DNA of 64,000 nt from Escherichia coli (GCF_003790525.1 NZ_CP033635.1); one strand, 5' to 3'; counted from the stretch's first letter, positions 43,035 to 59,734 are shown. The notes: generated from the sequence alone by a model not told the origin. Translations and numbers: made by a program.

Positions 43035-43949
43035 ATGAAAGCCACGTCGGAAGAACTCGCCATTTTTGTTTCAGTCGTCGAAAGCGGCAGCTTTAGCCGG
43101 GCAGCGGAACAATTAGGGCAAGCAAACTCAGCGGTAAGCCGGGCGGTGAAAAAGCTGGAGATGAAACTTGGCGTTAGCCTGCTTAATCGGACCACGCGGC
43201 AACTTAGCCTGACGGAAGAAGGCGAGCGTTATTTTCGTCGCGTACAGTCAATTTTGCAGGAGATGGCAGCGGCAGAATCAGAAATTATGGAGACGCGTAA
43301 TACACCGCGTGGACTGTTACGGATCGATGCCGCAACTCCAGTGGTGCTGCACTTTCTGATGCCGTTGATTAAGCCTTTTCGTGAACGCTATCCGGAAGTC
43401 ACTTTATCGCTAGTCTCCTCCGAAACGATTATTAATTTGATCGAAAGAAAAGTGGATGTCGCGATACGCGCCGGTACGTTAACGGATTCCAGCTTACGTG
43501 CCAGGCCGTTATTTAACAGTTATCGAAAAATTATCGCCTCCCCCGATTATATTTCCCGCTACGGGAAGCCAGAAACGATCGACGATTTAAAGCAACATAT
43601 TTGCCTGGGATTCACTGAACCCGCTTCCCTCAATACCTGGCCGATAGCCTGTAGCGATGGACAATTACATGAGGTGAAGTACGGTTTGTCATCCAATAGT
43701 GGGGAAACACTGAAACAGCTTTGCCTGAGTGGCAACGGGATTGCGTGTTTGTCCGACTACATGATCGACAGAGAAATCGCTCGCGGAGAATTGGTGGAGT
43801 TAATGGCAGATAAAGTATTGCCAGTGGAAATGCCATTCAGTGCCGTATATTACAGCGACCGTGCGGTAAGTACACGCATCCGGGCTTTTATCGATTTCCT
43901 TAGCGAGCATGTAAAAACAGCTCCCGGAGGAGCTGTCAGAGAGGCTTAA
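43035..43949 (+). CDS. yafC: LysR-family transcriptional regulator YafC
   Basis: 304 aa; N-terminal HTH and LysR substrate-binding domain. Confidence 0.92.
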   Translation: MKATSEELAIFVSVVESGSFSRAAEQLGQANSAVSRAVKKLEMKLGVSLLNRTTRQLSLTEEGERYFRRVQSILQEMAAAESEIMETRNTPRGLLRIDAATPVVLHFLMPLIKPFRERYPEVTLSLVSSETIINLIERKVDVAIRAGTLTDSSLRARPLFNSYRKIIASPDYISRYGKPETIDDLKQHICLGFTEPASLNTWPIACSDGQLHEVKYGLSSNSGETLKQLCLSGNGIACLSDYMIDREIARGELVELMADKVLPVEMPFSAVYYSDRAVSTRIRAFIDFLSEHVKTAPGGAVREA

Positions 43950-44749
43950 TCCCATTCAGGAGCCAGACCTTCCGGGCTAACCAGGCGGTCGTTGCAATCC
44001 AGTGCGGCGATCGCTTTTTTATCTTCGGCATCAAGCTGTAAATTTTGTGCCTTAAGATTACTTTCCAGGTTTTTACGTTTAGTAGAAGAAGGAATTACGG
44101 AGTAACCTTCCCCCATAGCCCACGCCAGAATCACTTGTGCCGGAGTCGCATTGTGTTTAGCTGCGATACGAGCAATAACCTGATCTTTCAGGGCCTTACC
44201 ATACGCCAGCGTCATATAGGAAGTAATATGGATGCCGTGCTGTTTAGCCCAGGCGACCACTTTACGGTTTTGCAGATAAGGTGAGAGTTCAATCTGGTTA
44301 GTAGCGATGTTTTCAGCGCCAACAGCAGCAATCGCCTTTTCCATCAATGGGATCGTGAAGTTGGAAATACCGATCTCACGCGTCAGCCCTTGTTTTTTGG
44401 CTTCCAGCAGCGCCTGCATAAACTCTTCAACAGAGACTTCATCGTTTGGTGACGGCCAGTGGATTAGCGTCAGATCAACATAATCGATACGCAATTTTTG
44501 CAGGCTCTCTTTCAGACTTGGGGTCAATTTGTCTTTGCTGAGATTTTCAATCCAGATTTTAGTGGTGATGTAGAGTTCATTACGTGGCACGCCACTTTCT
44601 GCAATCGCCTGACCTACTGCGGCTTCGTTATCATAGATTTGTGCGGTATCAATTGCGCGATAACCAAGTTCAAGCGCCGTTTTCACAGATGAAATAACAA
44701 CGTCGTCTTTCAGACGGAAAGTACCTAAACCAAATGCAGGGATAGCCAT
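43946..44749 (-). CDS. dkgB: 2,5-diketo-D-gluconate reductase B (aldo-keto reductase)
   Basis: 267 aa; AKR family. Confidence 0.93.
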   Translation of the reverse strand: MAIPAFGLGTFRLKDDVVISSVKTALELGYRAIDTAQIYDNEAAVGQAIAESGVPRNELYITTKIWIENLSKDKLTPSLKESLQKLRIDYVDLTLIHWPSPNDEVSVEEFMQALLEAKKQGLTREIGISNFTIPLMEKAIAAVGAENIATNQIELSPYLQNRKVVAWAKQHGIHITSYMTLAYGKALKDQVIARIAAKHNATPAQVILAWAMGEGYSVIPSSTKRKNLESNLKAQNLQLDAEDKKAIAALDCNDRLVSPEGLAPEWD

Positions 44750-44885
44750 AATATGCCTCTTTTAATGCTATTTTCGTTAACTGAAGTGATTATGGGCTTT
44801 AGAATGTTGCGGAAAAAGGGCGTAAAACGCAGAGGATTTTTGCGATTTAAGCAATAATAGAAATATAGACGAAAAAAAACCTCGA

Positions 44886-44910
44886 GCGTTAACTCGAGGC
44901 TTCTTAATAA
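44886..44910 (-). terminator. Rho-independent terminator of the rRNA operon
   Basis: Minus strand reads gcctcgagttaacgctcgagg followed by TTTTTTTT. Confidence 0.8.
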
Positions 44911-44911
44911 G

Positions 44912-44988
44912 TGGCGGAACGGACGGGACTCGAACCCGCGACCCCCTGCGTGACAGGCAGGTATTCTAACCGACTGAACTACCGCTCC
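44912..44988 (-). tRNA. aspU: tRNA-Asp (GUC), distal tRNA of the rRNA operon
   Basis: Identical to the aspV sequence in this window. Confidence 0.97.
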
Positions 44989-45040
44989 ACCGAATTCTTT
45001 TACAACCACCGGTTTTATGACCGGCTTACTGCTTAATTTG

Positions 45041-45160
45041 ATGCCTGGCAGTTCCCTACTCTCGCATGGGGAGACCCCACACTACCATCGGCGCTACGGC
45101 GTTTCACTTCTGAGTTCGGCATGGGGTCAGGTGGGACCACCGCGCTAAGGCCGCCAGGCA
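45041..45160 (-). rRNA. rrfH: 5S ribosomal RNA
   Basis: Reverse complement is a 120-nt 5S rRNA (TGCCTGGCGGCC...CTGCCAGGCAT). Confidence 0.97.
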
Positions 45161-45252
45161 AATTCTGTTTCATCAGACCGCTTCTGCGTTCTGATTTAAT
45201 CTGTATCAGGCTGAAAATCTTCTCTCTTCCGCCAAAACATCTTCGGCGTTGT

Positions 45253-48156
<2,904 letters not shown>

Positions 48157-48330
48157 TCACAACCCGAAGATGTTTCACTTCAGAGTTGCGAAAATTTGAG
48201 AGACTCACGAACAACTTTCATTGTTCAGTGTTTCAATTTTCAGCTTGATCCAGATTTTTAAAGAGCAAAACTTCGCAGTGAACCTTTGCAGGTACACTCT
48301 GAAGTATTTTTTATTTAATCACTACAGAGA

Positions 48331-48406
48331 TGGTGGAGCTATGCGGGATCGAACCGCAGACCTCCTGCGTGCAAAGCAGGCGCTCTCCCAGCTGAGCTAT
48401 AGCCCC
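48331..48406 (-). tRNA. alaV: tRNA-Ala (UGC), 16S-23S spacer
   Basis: Reverse complement GGGGCTATAGCTCAGCTGGGAGAGCGCCTGCTTTGCACGCAGGAGGTCTGCGGTTCGATCCCGCATAGCTCCACCA. Confidence 0.97.
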
Positions 48407-48448
48407 ATAACATGTAGTTAAAACCTCTTCAAATTTGCGATGCAAATT

Positions 48449-48525
<77 letters not shown>

Positions 48526-48593
48526 GTAGAGGTTTTACTGCTCATTTTCATCAGACAATCTGTGTGAGCACTGCAAAGCACAGTTCTTTAAGG

Positions 48594-50135
<1,542 letters not shown>

Positions 50136-50319
50136 AAAAGTTTGATGCTCAAAGAATTAAACTTCGTAATGAATTACGTGTTCACTCTTGAGACTTGGTA
50201 TTCATTTTTCGTCTTGCGACGTTAAGAATCCGTATCTTCGAGTGCCCACACAGATTGTCTGATAAATTGTTAAAGAGCAGTTGCGACGCGGCCTTCAGCT
50301 CACTGTCGTGAGGTGGCGT

Positions 50320-50347
50320 ATATTACGCTTTCCTCTTTCAGAGTCAA
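50320..50347 (-). promoter_or_regulatory. rRNA operon P2 promoter (-35 TTGACT, 16-bp spacer, -10 TAATAT)
   Basis: Minus strand reads cagggttgactctgaaagaggaaagcgtaatatacgcc. Confidence 0.8.
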
Positions 50348-50429
50348 CCCTGAATTTCAGGATTTTTCTCTTCAACCGAACCGGCTGTTTGTGTGAAGTG
50401 ATTCACATCCGCCGTGTCGATGGAGGCGC

Positions 50430-50458
50430 ATTATAGGGAGTCGTTTCAGGAAGACAAG
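50430..50458 (-). promoter_or_regulatory. rRNA operon P1 promoter (-35 CTTGTC, 17-bp spacer, -10 TATAAT)
   Basis: Minus strand reads cttgtcttcctgaaacgactccctataatgcgcctcc. Confidence 0.85.
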
Positions 50459-50500
50459 CGGAAAAATGCATTTTTATTTCAACCGCTCATCTTTTAATCA

Positions 50501-51073
50501 TTACGCCGGTTTTTGCTGCTTTTTTATCGCTTGCGGCAGGTCTGCCAGGCTATTTAACACCCAATCCGCCGCGTTTTCTGCTTCAGGCGTAACAGGTTTA
50601 CCCGTACGCACCAGCACTTTTGTTCCCACGTTCGCCGCAGCCGCTGCCTGCATATCTTCTAATTTATCGCCCACCATATAAGAAGCGGCCATATCAATAT
50701 GCAAATAATCGCGTGCCGATAAAAGCATCCCCGGATGTGGTTTGCGGCAGTCGCAGACCTGGCGAAACTCTTCAACACTACCCTGCGGATGATGCGGGCA
50801 ATAATAGATACCATCCAGATCGACATCGCGGTCCGCCAGCGACCAGTCCATCCACTCGGTCAGCGTTTCAAACTGTGCTTCAGTAAATTTACCGCGAGCA
50901 ATGCCAGACTGGTTGGTTACTACCACCAGCGCAAAGCCCATTTTTTTTAGCTCGCGCATGGCGTCAATAACACCGTCGATAAATTCAAAGTTGTCGATCT
51001 CATGGACATAGCCGTGATCGACATTAATGGTGCCATCACGGTCAAGAAAAATTGCGGGTACGCTCTTCGCCAC
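50501..51073 (-). CDS. gmhB: D-glycero-D-manno-heptose 1,7-bisphosphate phosphatase GmhB
   Basis: 190 aa; HAD motif FLDRDGT. Confidence 0.93.
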   Translation of the reverse strand: MAKSVPAIFLDRDGTINVDHGYVHEIDNFEFIDGVIDAMRELKKMGFALVVVTNQSGIARGKFTEAQFETLTEWMDWSLADRDVDLDGIYYCPHHPQGSVEEFRQVCDCRKPHPGMLLSARDYLHIDMAASYMVGDKLEDMQAAAAANVGTKVLVRTGKPVTPEAENAADWVLNSLADLPQAIKKQQKPA

Positions 51074-51162
51074 CTTTTATAGCTCCTTAATAAGGCATGT
51101 GACGCTAGTATCGCATGTTTCGACCTGCAAGAAAGTGCTCTTCGCATAAACCTGATTGATTT

Positions 51163-51178
51163 AGACGTCTGGATGCCT
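51163..51178 (+). promoter_or_regulatory. MetJ operator (tandem met boxes) upstream of metN
   Basis: Perfect met box AGACGTCT followed by a degenerate box GGATGCCT. Confidence 0.6.
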
Positions 51179-51260
51179 TAACATCCATTTCATTGACGGC
51201 GTTGCCCGTTCCAGGCATTCGAAATGCCACGACTAACTTAATGACGATAATAAATAATCA

Positions 51261-52292
51261 ATGATAAAACTTTCGAATATCACCAAAGTGTTCCACCAGG
51301 GCACCCGCACCATCCAGGCGTTAAACAACGTCAGCCTGCATGTGCCAGCTGGACAAATTTATGGCGTTATCGGTGCCTCAGGCGCGGGTAAGAGTACACT
51401 TATACGTTGTGTAAACCTGCTGGAGCGCCCAACCGAGGGTAGCGTGCTGGTTGATGGCCAGGAGCTGACCACGCTGTCAGAATCTGAGTTGACTAAAGCT
51501 CGCCGCCAGATTGGTATGATTTTCCAGCATTTTAACCTGCTCTCTTCGCGTACTGTTTTTGGCAACGTGGCTCTGCCGCTGGAGCTGGACAACACGCCGA
51601 AAGACGAAATCAAACGTCGCGTGACGGAATTGCTGTCATTGGTTGGTCTTGGTGATAAGCATGATAGCTATCCGTCGAACCTTTCTGGTGGGCAGAAACA
51701 GCGTGTGGCGATTGCCCGTGCGTTAGCCAGCAATCCTAAAGTATTGCTGTGTGATGAAGCCACCAGCGCGCTGGACCCGGCAACGACACGTTCTATTCTC
51801 GAACTGCTGAAAGACATCAACCGCCGTCTGGGTTTGACGATTCTGTTGATCACTCACGAAATGGACGTTGTGAAGCGCATTTGTGATTGCGTGGCGGTGA
51901 TCAGCAATGGCGAACTGATCGAGCAGGACACGGTAAGTGAAGTGTTCTCGCATCCGAAAACGCCGCTGGCGCAGAAGTTTATTCAGTCGACCCTGCATCT
52001 GGATATCCCGGAAGATTACCAGGAACGTCTGCAAGCGGAGCCATTCGCTGACTGCGTGCCGATGCTGCGTCTGGAGTTTACCGGTCAATCGGTCGATGCC
52101 CCACTGCTTTCTGAAACCGCGCGTCGTTTCAACGTCAACAACAACATTATTAGCGCGCAGATGGATTACGCCGGTGGCGTTAAGTTCGGCATCATGCTGA
52201 CTGAAATGCACGGCACACAACAAGATACGCAAGCCGCCATTGCCTGGCTGCAGGAACACCATGTAAAAGTAGAGGTACTGGGTTATGTCTGA
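51261..52292 (+). CDS. metN: Methionine ABC transporter ATP-binding protein MetN
   Basis: 343 aa; Walker [13 protein letters not shown] signature LSGGQKQR, C-terminal NIL domain. Confidence 0.96.
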   Translation: MIKLSNITKVFHQGTRTIQALNNVSLHVPAGQIYGVIGASGAGKSTLIRCVNLLERPTEGSVLVDGQELTTLSESELTKARRQIGMIFQHFNLLSSRTVFGNVALPLELDNTPKDEIKRRVTELLSLVGLGDKHDSYPSNLSGGQKQRVAIARALASNPKVLLCDEATSALDPATTRSILELLKDINRRLGLTILLITHEMDVVKRICDCVAVISNGELIEQDTVSEVFSHPKTPLAQKFIQSTLHLDIPEDYQERLQAEPFADCVPMLRLEFTGQSVDAPLLSETARRFNVNNNIISAQMDYAGGVKFGIMLTEMHGTQQDTQAAIAWLQEHHVKVEVLGYV

Positions 52293-52938
52293 GCCGATGA
52301 TGTGGCTGCTGGTTCGTGGCGTATGGGAAACGCTGGCAATGACCTTCGTATCCGGATTTTTTGGGTTTGTGATTGGTCTGCCGGTTGGCGTCCTGCTTTA
52401 TGTCACGCGTCCGGGGCAAATTATTGCTAACGCGAAGCTGTATCGTACCGTTTCTGCGATTGTGAACATTTTCCGTTCCATCCCGTTCATTATCTTGCTG
52501 GTATGGATGATTCCGTTTACCCGCGTTATTGTCGGTACATCGATTGGTTTGCAGGCAGCGATTGTTCCGTTAACCGTTGGTGCAGCACCGTTTATTGCCC
52601 GTATGGTCGAGAACGCTCTGCTGGAGATCCCAACCGGGTTAATTGAAGCCTCCCGCGCAATGGGTGCCACGCCAATGCAGATCGTTCGTAAAGTGCTGTT
52701 ACCGGAAGCGTTGCCGGGTCTGGTGAATGCGGCAACTATCACCCTGATTACCCTGGTCGGTTATTCCGCGATGGGTGGTGCAGTCGGTGCCGGTGGTTTA
52801 GGTCAGATTGGCTATCAGTATGGCTACATCGGCTATAACGCGACGGTGATGAATACGGTACTGGTATTGCTGGTCATTCTGGTTTATTTAATTCAGTTCG
52901 CAGGCGACCGCATCGTCCGGGCTGTCACTCGCAAGTAA
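52285..52938 (+). CDS. metI: Methionine ABC transporter permease MetI
   Basis: 217 aa multipass membrane protein, overlaps metN stop. Confidence 0.95.
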   Translation: MSEPMMWLLVRGVWETLAMTFVSGFFGFVIGLPVGVLLYVTRPGQIIANAKLYRTVSAIVNIFRSIPFIILLVWMIPFTRVIVGTSIGLQAAIVPLTVGAAPFIARMVENALLEIPTGLIEASRAMGATPMQIVRKVLLPEALPGLVNAATITLITLVGYSAMGGAVGAGGLGQIGYQYGYIGYNATVMNTVLVLLVILVYLIQFAGDRIVRAVTRK

Positions 52939-52977
52939 CGTTCAACACAACATAAATAATTGAAGAAGGAATAAGGT

Positions 52978-53793
52978 ATGGCGTTCAAATTCAAAACCTT
53001 TGCGGCAGTGGGAGCCCTGATTGGATCACTGGCACTGGTAGGCTGCGGTCAGGATGAAAAAGATCCAAACCACATTAAAGTCGGCGTGATTGTTGGTGCC
53101 GAACAGCAGGTTGCAGAAGTCGCGCAGAAAGTTGCGAAAGACAAATATGGCCTGGACGTTGAGCTGGTCACCTTCAACGACTATGTTCTGCCAAACGAAG
53201 CATTGAGCAAAGGCGATATCGACGCCAACGCCTTCCAGCATAAACCGTACCTTGATCAGCAACTGAAAGATCGTGGCTACAAACTGGTCGCAGTAGGCAA
53301 CACTTTTGTTTATCCGATTGCAGGTTACTCCAAGAAAATCAAATCACTGGATGAACTGCAGGATGGTTCGCAGGTTGCCGTGCCAAACGACCCAACTAAC
53401 CTTGGTCGTTCACTGCTGCTGCTGCAAAAAGTGGGCTTGATCAAACTGAAAGATGGCGTTGGCCTGCTGCCGACCGTTCTTGATGTTGTTGAGAACCCAA
53501 AAAATCTGAAAATTGTTGAACTGGAAGCACCGCAGCTGCCGCGCTCTCTGGACGACGCGCAAATCGCTCTGGCAGTTATCAATACCACCTATGCCAGCCA
53601 GATTGGCCTGACTCCAGCGAAAGACGGTATCTTTGTCGAAGATAAAGAGTCCCCGTACGTAAACCTAATCGTAACGCGTGAAGACAACAAAGACGCCGAA
53701 AACGTGAAGAAATTCGTCCAGGCTTATCAGTCTGACGAAGTTTACGAAGCAGCAAACAAAGTGTTTAACGGCGGCGCTGTTAAAGGCTGGTAA
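52978..53793 (+). CDS. metQ: Methionine-binding lipoprotein MetQ
   Basis: 271 aa; lipobox LVGC; NlpA family. Confidence 0.95.
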   Translation: MAFKFKTFAAVGALIGSLALVGCGQDEKDPNHIKVGVIVGAEQQVAEVAQKVAKDKYGLDVELVTFNDYVLPNEALSKGDIDANAFQHKPYLDQQLKDRGYKLVAVGNTFVYPIAGYSKKIKSLDELQDGSQVAVPNDPTNLGRSLLLLQKVGLIKLKDGVGLLPTVLDVVENPKNLKIVELEAPQLPRSLDDAQIALAVINTTYASQIGLTPAKDGIFVEDKESPYVNLIVTREDNKDAENVKKFVQAYQSDEVYEAANKVFNGGAVKGW

Positions 53794-53910
53794 TATTTAG
53801 GCTGTTTCCACAATTTGTAATATCATTCAGGACGGGCGCTTGCCCGTCTTGTCATTTTTACAAGCGCCTGATTCAATATTGACGTTTTGATCATACATTG
53901 AGGAAATACT

Positions 53911-54315
53911 ATGCGTGCTTTACCGATCTGTTTAGTAGCACTCATGCTAAGCGGCTGTTCCATGTTAAGCAGATCCCCTGTCGAACCCGTTCAAAGCACT
54001 GCACCCCAGCCGAAAGCGGAGCCTGCAAAACCGAAAGCGCCGCGCGCCACGCCGGTCCGAATTTATACCAATGCAGAAGAATTAGTCGGCAAACCGTTCC
54101 GCGATCTCGGTGAAGTCAGTGGCGACTCTTGCCAGGCCTCTAATCAGGACTCTCCGCCGAGCATTCCAACCGCACGTAAGCGGATGCAAATCAACGCCTC
54201 GAAAATGAAAGCCAATGCGGTATTACTGCATAGCTGCGAAGTCACCAGCGGTACGCCAGGCTGCTATCGTCAGGCTGTATGTATCGGTTCTGCGCTTAAC
54301 ATCACGGCGAAATGA
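53911..54315 (+). CDS. rcsF: Outer-membrane lipoprotein RcsF (Rcs stress sensor)
   Basis: 134 aa; lipobox LSGC; conserved C-terminal cysteines. Confidence 0.95.
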   Translation: MRALPICLVALMLSGCSMLSRSPVEPVQSTAPQPKAEPAKPKAPRATPVRIYTNAEELVGKPFRDLGEVSGDSCQASNQDSPPSIPTARKRMQINASKMKANAVLLHSCEVTSGTPGCYRQAVCIGSALNITAK

Positions 54316-55019
54316 GCAGTTTCCAGTTCGAGCAAATAGGCGTTATTCGCTCGCCCTATAAAGAAAAATTCGCCGTTCCGCGCCAGCCAGGTCTGGTAAA
54401 AAGCGCCAACGGCGAACTGCATCTCATTGCTCCCTACAACCAGGCCGACGCCGTTCGCGGCCTGGAAGCGTTCAGCCATTTATGGATCCTTTTCGTCTTT
54501 CATCAAACGATGGAAGGCGGCTGGCGTCCAACTGTGCGTCCGCCTCGTCTTGGCGGTAATACCAGAATGGGTGTTTTCGCTACGCGCTCCACTTTCCGCC
54601 CTAACCCGATTGGTATGTCGCTGGTAGAGCTGAAAGAGGTTGTTTGCCATAAAGATAGCGTGATTCTGAAGCTCGGCAGTCTGGATCTCGTCGATGGTAC
54701 GCCGGTAGTGGATATCAAACCGTATCTCCCCTTTGCTGAATCGCTTCCCGATGCCAGTGCCAGCTATGCGCAAAGTGCGCCAGCGGCAGAAATGGCGGTG
54801 AGTTTTACCGCAGAGGTCGAAAAGCAGCTTTTGACGCTGGAGAAGCGTTATCCGCAGTTAACGCTGTTTATCCGCGAAGTACTGGCGCAGGACCCGCGCC
54901 CGGCCTATCGTAAAGGTGAGGAAACGGGCAAAACCTATGCCGTCTGGCTGCATGATTTTAACGTTCGCTGGCGCGTCACCGACGCAGGTTTTGAAGTCTT
55001 TGCGCTGGAACCGCGTTAA
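54312..55019 (+). CDS. tsaA: tRNA (adenine37-N6)-methyltransferase TsaA (YaeB)
   Basis: 235 aa; TsaA/YaeB family; overlaps rcsF stop. Confidence 0.9.
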   Translation: MSSFQFEQIGVIRSPYKEKFAVPRQPGLVKSANGELHLIAPYNQADAVRGLEAFSHLWILFVFHQTMEGGWRPTVRPPRLGGNTRMGVFATRSTFRPNPIGMSLVELKEVVCHKDSVILKLGSLDLVDGTPVVDIKPYLPFAESLPDASASYAQSAPAAEMAVSFTAEVEKQLLTLEKRYPQLTLFIREVLAQDPRPAYRKGEETGKTYAVWLHDFNVRWRVTDAGFEVFALEPR

Positions 55020-55129
55020 ATTCACGCCCTTCTCTTTTGACATTTCTTTTGCACTGGTAAACTAAATCACTTTTTTTGTCCCAGGCTCGCCTTGAGCCTG
55101 TTCTACCTTCCAACTGGAACCGTAACAAC

Positions 55130-56848
55130 ATGCGTACTAGCCAATACCTGCTCTCCACTCTCAAGGAGACACCTGCCGACGCCGAGGTGATCAGCCATCA
55201 GCTGATGCTGCGCGCCGGGATGATCCGCAAGCTGGCCTCCGGGTTATATACCTGGCTGCCGACCGGCGTGCGCGTTCTGAAAAAAGTCGAAAACATCGTG
55301 CGTGAAGAGATGAACAACGCCGGTGCGATCGAGGTGTTAATGCCGGTGGTTCAGCCATCTGAACTGTGGCAAGAGAGTGGTCGTTGGGAACAGTATGGCC
55401 CGGAATTGCTGCGTATTGCTGACCGTGGTGACCGTCCGTTCGTACTTGGCCCAACTCATGAAGAAGTGATTACCGACCTGATTCGTAACGAGCTGAGCTC
55501 TTACAAACAGCTGCCGCTGAACTTCTATCAGATCCAGACCAAGTTCCGCGACGAAGTGCGTCCGCGTTTCGGCGTCATGCGTTCCCGCGAATTCCTGATG
55601 AAAGATGCTTACTCTTTCCATACTTCTCAGGAATCCTTACAGGAAACCTACGATGCAATGTATGCGGCCTACAGCAAAATCTTCAGCCGCATGGGGCTGG
55701 ATTTCCGCGCCGTACAGGCCGACACCGGTTCTATCGGCGGTAGCGCCTCTCACGAATTCCAGGTGCTGGCGCAGAGCGGTGAAGACGATGTGGTCTTCTC
55801 CGACACCTCTGACTATGCAGCGAACATTGAGCTGGCAGAAGCTATCGCGCCGAAAGAACCGCGCGCTGCTGCTACCCAGGAAATGACGCTGGTTGATACG
55901 CCGAACGCGAAAACCATCGCGGAACTGGTTGAACAGTTCAATCTGCCGATTGAGAAAACGGTTAAGACTCTGCTGGTTAAAGCCGTTGAAGGCAGTAGCT
56001 TCCCGCTGGTTGCGCTGCTGGTGCGCGGTGACCACGAGCTGAACGAAGTTAAAGCAGAAAAACTGCCGCAGGTTGCCAGCCCGCTGACTTTTGCGACCGA
56101 AGAAGAAATTCGTGCCGTGGTTAAAGCCGGTCCGGGTTCACTGGGTCCGGTAAACATGCCGATTCCGGTGGTGATTGACCGTACCGTTGCGGCGATGAGT
56201 GATTTCGCTGCTGGTGCTAACATCGATGGTAAACACTACTTCGGTATCAACTGGGATCGCGATGTCGCTACCCCGGAAATTGCTGATATCCGTAACGTGG
56301 TGGCTGGCGATCCAAGCCCGGATGGTCAGGGTACGCTGCTGATCAAACGTGGTATCGAAGTCGGTCACATCTTCCAGCTGGGTACCAAGTACTCCGAAGC
56401 ACTGAAAGCCTCCGTACAGGGTGAAGATGGCCGTAACCAAATCCTGACGATGGGTTGCTACGGTATCGGTGTAACGCGTGTGGTAGCAGCGGCGATTGAG
56501 CAGAACTACGACGAACGCGGCATCGTATGGCCTGACGCTATCGCGCCGTTCCAGGTGGCGATTCTGCCAATGAACATGCACAAATCCTTCCGCGTACAGG
56601 AACTTGCTGAGAAACTGTACAGCGAACTGCGCGCACAAGGTATCGAAGTGCTGCTGGATGACCGCAAAGAGCGTCCGGGCGTGATGTTTGCTGATATGGA
56701 ACTGATCGGTATTCCGCACACTATCGTGCTGGGCGACCGTAACCTCGACAACGACGATATCGAATATAAATATCGTCGTAACGGCGAGAAACAGTTAATT
56801 AAGACTGGTGACATCGTCGATTATCTGGTGAAACAGATTAAAGGCTGA
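55130..56848 (+). CDS. proS: Proline--tRNA ligase (ATG at 55130)
   Basis: 572 aa; class II aaRS motifs and editing domain. Confidence 0.96.
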
Positions 56849-56900
56849 TGCCAGAAAGGGTCCTGAATTTCGGGGCCCTTTTTTACATGGATTGTATAAA

Positions 56901-57725
56901 ATGGATAAACCAAAGGCGTACTGCCGCCTGCTTCTCCCCTGCTTTCTTTTACTTTCGGCCTGTACCGTTGATATCAGCCAGCCAGACTCATCAGCCACAG
57001 CGGTAAATGCCGAGGCGAAAACATGGGCTGTTAAATTCCAGCATCAAAGCTCTTTCACCGAACAATCAATAAAAGAAATAACAGAACCAGATCTCAAACC
57101 CGGCGATTTGCTTTTCTCCTCAAGCCTTGGGGTAACCTCATTTGGTATCCGCGTATTCAGCACTTCCTCTGTGAGTCACGTTGCAATCTATTTGGGAGAT
57201 AATAACGTTGCCGAAGCGACAGGCGCTGGCGTCCAGATTGTTTCACTTAAAAAAGCCATGAAGCATAGTGATAAGCTTTTCGTCTTACGAGTCCCGGACC
57301 TTACCCCGCAACAAGCCACAGAAATCACCGCGTTCGCCAATAAAATCAAAGATAGCGGTTATAACTATCGCGGCATTGTCGAATTTATTCCATTTATGGT
57401 GACTCGCCAGATGTGCTCACTGAATCCGTTCTCCGAGGATTTTCGCCAACAGTGCGTCAGCAGCCTGGCGAAAGCGCAGTTAAGTAACGTTGGCGAAGGA
57501 GACAAAAAGTCGTGGTTTTGTTCGGAATTTGTCACTGATGCATTTGCCAAATCCGGGCATCCGCTTACGCTGGCGCAATCGGGCTGGATTAGCCCTGCCG
57601 ATCTGATGCATATGCGTAGTGGTGATGTCTCTGCATTTAAACCAGAAACGCAGTTACAGTATATTGGGCACCTGAAGCCAGGGATTTATATTAAAGCAAG
57701 TCGCTTTGTTGGACTGACTCAGTGA
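56901..57725 (+). CDS. yaeF: Lipoprotein YaeF, permuted papain-like (YaeF/YiiX family) putative peptidase
   Basis: Lipobox LLSAC; ATG at 56901. Confidence 0.85.
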   Translation: MDKPKAYCRLLLPCFLLLSACTVDISQPDSSATAVNAEAKTWAVKFQHQSSFTEQSIKEITEPDLKPGDLLFSSSLGVTSFGIRVFSTSSVSHVAIYLGDNNVAEATGAGVQIVSLKKAMKHSDKLFVLRVPDLTPQQATEITAFANKIKDSGYNYRGIVEFIPFMVTRQMCSLNPFSEDFRQQCVSSLAKAQLSNVGEGDKKSWFCSEFVTDAFAKSGHPLTLAQSGWISPADLMHMRSGDVSAFKPETQLQYIGHLKPGIYIKASRFVGLTQ

Positions 57726-57744
57726 TAAAAGCCAGCCTCGTGCG

Positions 57745-57845
57745 CAAAATGCCGGATGCGGCGTGAACGCCTTATTCGGCCTACAAAATCGTGCTAATTC
57801 AAAATATTGCATTGTATGCTTTAGGCCTGATAAGCGCAGCGCATG
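57745..57845. repeat. REP/BIME elements
   Basis: gccggatgcggcgtgaacgccttattcggcctac ... ttaggcctgataagcgcagcgcatgaggc. Confidence 0.8.
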
Positions 57846-57880
57846 AGGCAATATTTCATTTGTTTCTGTCTCAAGACGGG

Positions 57881-58591
57881 TTACAGCCCCAAACTACTGC
57901 AATCATGGTTCGGGTAAAATTTACCCGCCGTATCGGGCGCTAATACTTTAGTCGGCGCACCGGTATCGGGATTAGCCTCCAGCGTAAAGTGACCTTCAAC
58001 TGACAGTAACACTGGTTTTTCACTGTTACCCCGCGCAGCCAGGTAGCCACGCTCCAGCTCTGCGTTATTCGCCACAATAAAACGTTTTCCGGTCGCGCAA
58101 TCAGTAAAGGTCGCCGCATCAGCCATATAGAAATACATGCCACGCAGGGTCATCGGCGTCATTGGCATGCTCGATTTTGCCGGTTCCAGCGTGTAGTTGA
58201 ACTGCGATTCAATGGGATTACCTTCACGATCGAGCATCTCCAGTGCATCCCCTTTCGCTCGATAATATGACTTTTCACCTTTGCTGTCGGTTAATACCAG
58301 CTTGTCGGCAGTTCGCGCCCATGTACCGTAGGAGGCAAAGGATGAAGGCTCTTCACGAGCGCCAAGATAGCGCTCGCTCATCACCCAGGTTCCATCTTTT
58401 TCGAGGAACAGAGAGGTTTCGATCCCTTCGCAATCGGCACACGGCAGCACGCCGCGCCAACTTTGCGGCATCGGTTTCAGTTCGGCAGCCTGCGCCGGAG
58501 AAAGCGTGTCGACTTCGGCCCGATTGTTACATCCCATCAGAGTAAAGAGGCTGATTACAGCCATCGCTGTCACTATCGCTTTTCTCACCAT
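57881..58591 (-). CDS. nlpE: Envelope stress sensor lipoprotein NlpE (CutF)
   Basis: 236 aa; lipobox LMGC; CADCEG motif. Confidence 0.93.
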   Translation of the reverse strand: MVRKAIVTAMAVISLFTLMGCNNRAEVDTLSPAQAAELKPMPQSWRGVLPCADCEGIETSLFLEKDGTWVMSERYLGAREEPSSFASYGTWARTADKLVLTDSKGEKSYYRAKGDALEMLDREGNPIESQFNYTLEPAKSSMPMTPMTLRGMYFYMADAATFTDCATGKRFIVANNAELERGYLAARGNSEKPVLLSVEGHFTLEANPDTGAPTKVLAPDTAGKFYPNHDCSSLGL

Positions 58592-58604
58592 CCATTCCTT
58601 CTTT

Positions 58605-59027
58605 TTACTCCCGACCGCTGCGCACTTTGCCGCGCATCGCCTTCACGCTTGATTTTTGTGCCTTCGATGCCAGCCTGCGCTCTTTTGATGCGCGGGTGGG
58701 CCGCGTGGGTCGTCGGGCTTTTTGTTCTGTTGTTAATTCTTTAATCACTGCCACCAACCGGGCCAGCGCCGCTTCGCGGTTGAGCTCCTGACTACGGTAT
58801 TCCTGCGCCTTAATGACAATCACGCCATCGCTGCTGATTAAATGATGGCTGGCGGCGAGCAGGCGCTCTTTGTAATACTCTGGCAGGCTGGACGCCCGAA
58901 TGTCAAAACGCAGATGAATGGCCGTTGAGGTCTTATTAACATGCTGCCCGCCCGCGCCCTGCGCACGAATGGCGGTGATCTCAAGCTCACCATCGGGGAT
59001 AGCAACATGTCGGGAAATCACAATCAT
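58605..59027 (-). CDS. arfB: Alternative ribosome-rescue factor ArfB (YaeJ), peptidyl-tRNA hydrolase
   Basis: 140 aa; GGQ motif; basic C-terminal tail. Confidence 0.93.
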   Translation of the reverse strand: MIVISRHVAIPDGELEITAIRAQGAGGQHVNKTSTAIHLRFDIRASSLPEYYKERLLAASHHLISSDGVIVIKAQEYRSQELNREAALARLVAVIKELTTEQKARRPTRPTRASKERRLASKAQKSSVKAMRGKVRSGRE

Positions 59028-59569
59028 GAAGGTTGTTGCCAGGCGGTTAAGTTCACTTCCAGATTATTCTTATCATCCGATAACCAGATCACGCCATCCT
59101 GAATCGTTGCCTGCAGCGTCATGGTACGATCGGCAAAGGCGCTCACTTTCGCCAGCTGCTCGTCGTCCAGATACCAGACGGAAAGATTGGCAAACTGCGC
59201 ACATTTGCTCTGATTTTGCTGCCACCAGATTTGCGCCGCCCGACTATTATAGGCAAACAGCGCCACTTCTGCGGCCTGAGTGCAGGCTTTCTTAATCCGT
59301 CGCTCATCCGGCAGCCCCAGTTCAATCCATAAATCAATGCCCAGGTGATCGTTACGCAGCCACGCTTCCGGCTCATCATCGGCACACAAACCTCGGGTAA
59401 ATTGCAGACGTTCATCAGCATATTTCAGCCACGCCAGCAGGCGCAGCATCATGCGCTCCTGGGTTTCTGAAGGATGGCGCGCCAGCGTCAGAGAGGCATC
59501 GAGAAACTGGTTGCGGTCGAGATCGGCCACATTAACCGTCGCTTTATAAATTGTCGCTTTAAGCGCCAT
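59024..59569 (-). CDS. yaeQ: YaeQ family protein
   Basis: 181 aa; overlaps arfB start. Confidence 0.88.
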   Translation of the reverse strand: MALKATIYKATVNVADLDRNQFLDASLTLARHPSETQERMMLRLLAWLKYADERLQFTRGLCADDEPEAWLRNDHLGIDLWIELGLPDERRIKKACTQAAEVALFAYNSRAAQIWWQQNQSKCAQFANLSVWYLDDEQLAKVSAFADRTMTLQATIQDGVIWLSDDKNNLEVNLTAWQQPS

Positions 59570-59734
59570 AAGAAAACTCCTTTCGAATCAGGAGGCCATT
59601 GTAACGGAATACGTGCAGTTGCGACGCTGATATTGCAGAAATGAGTGTGGTATAGTCACCTTGCGAAACAGAGTTTATCTTCGTAGGCTTAGACTTGCAT
59701 CCACGGTTAAGTCAGAGTGCTGACAGGAGGGCAT

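Noticed and set aside
56850-56885. Possible terminator hairpin after proS
   Set aside because: The stem pairing is imperfect and could not be verified by eye
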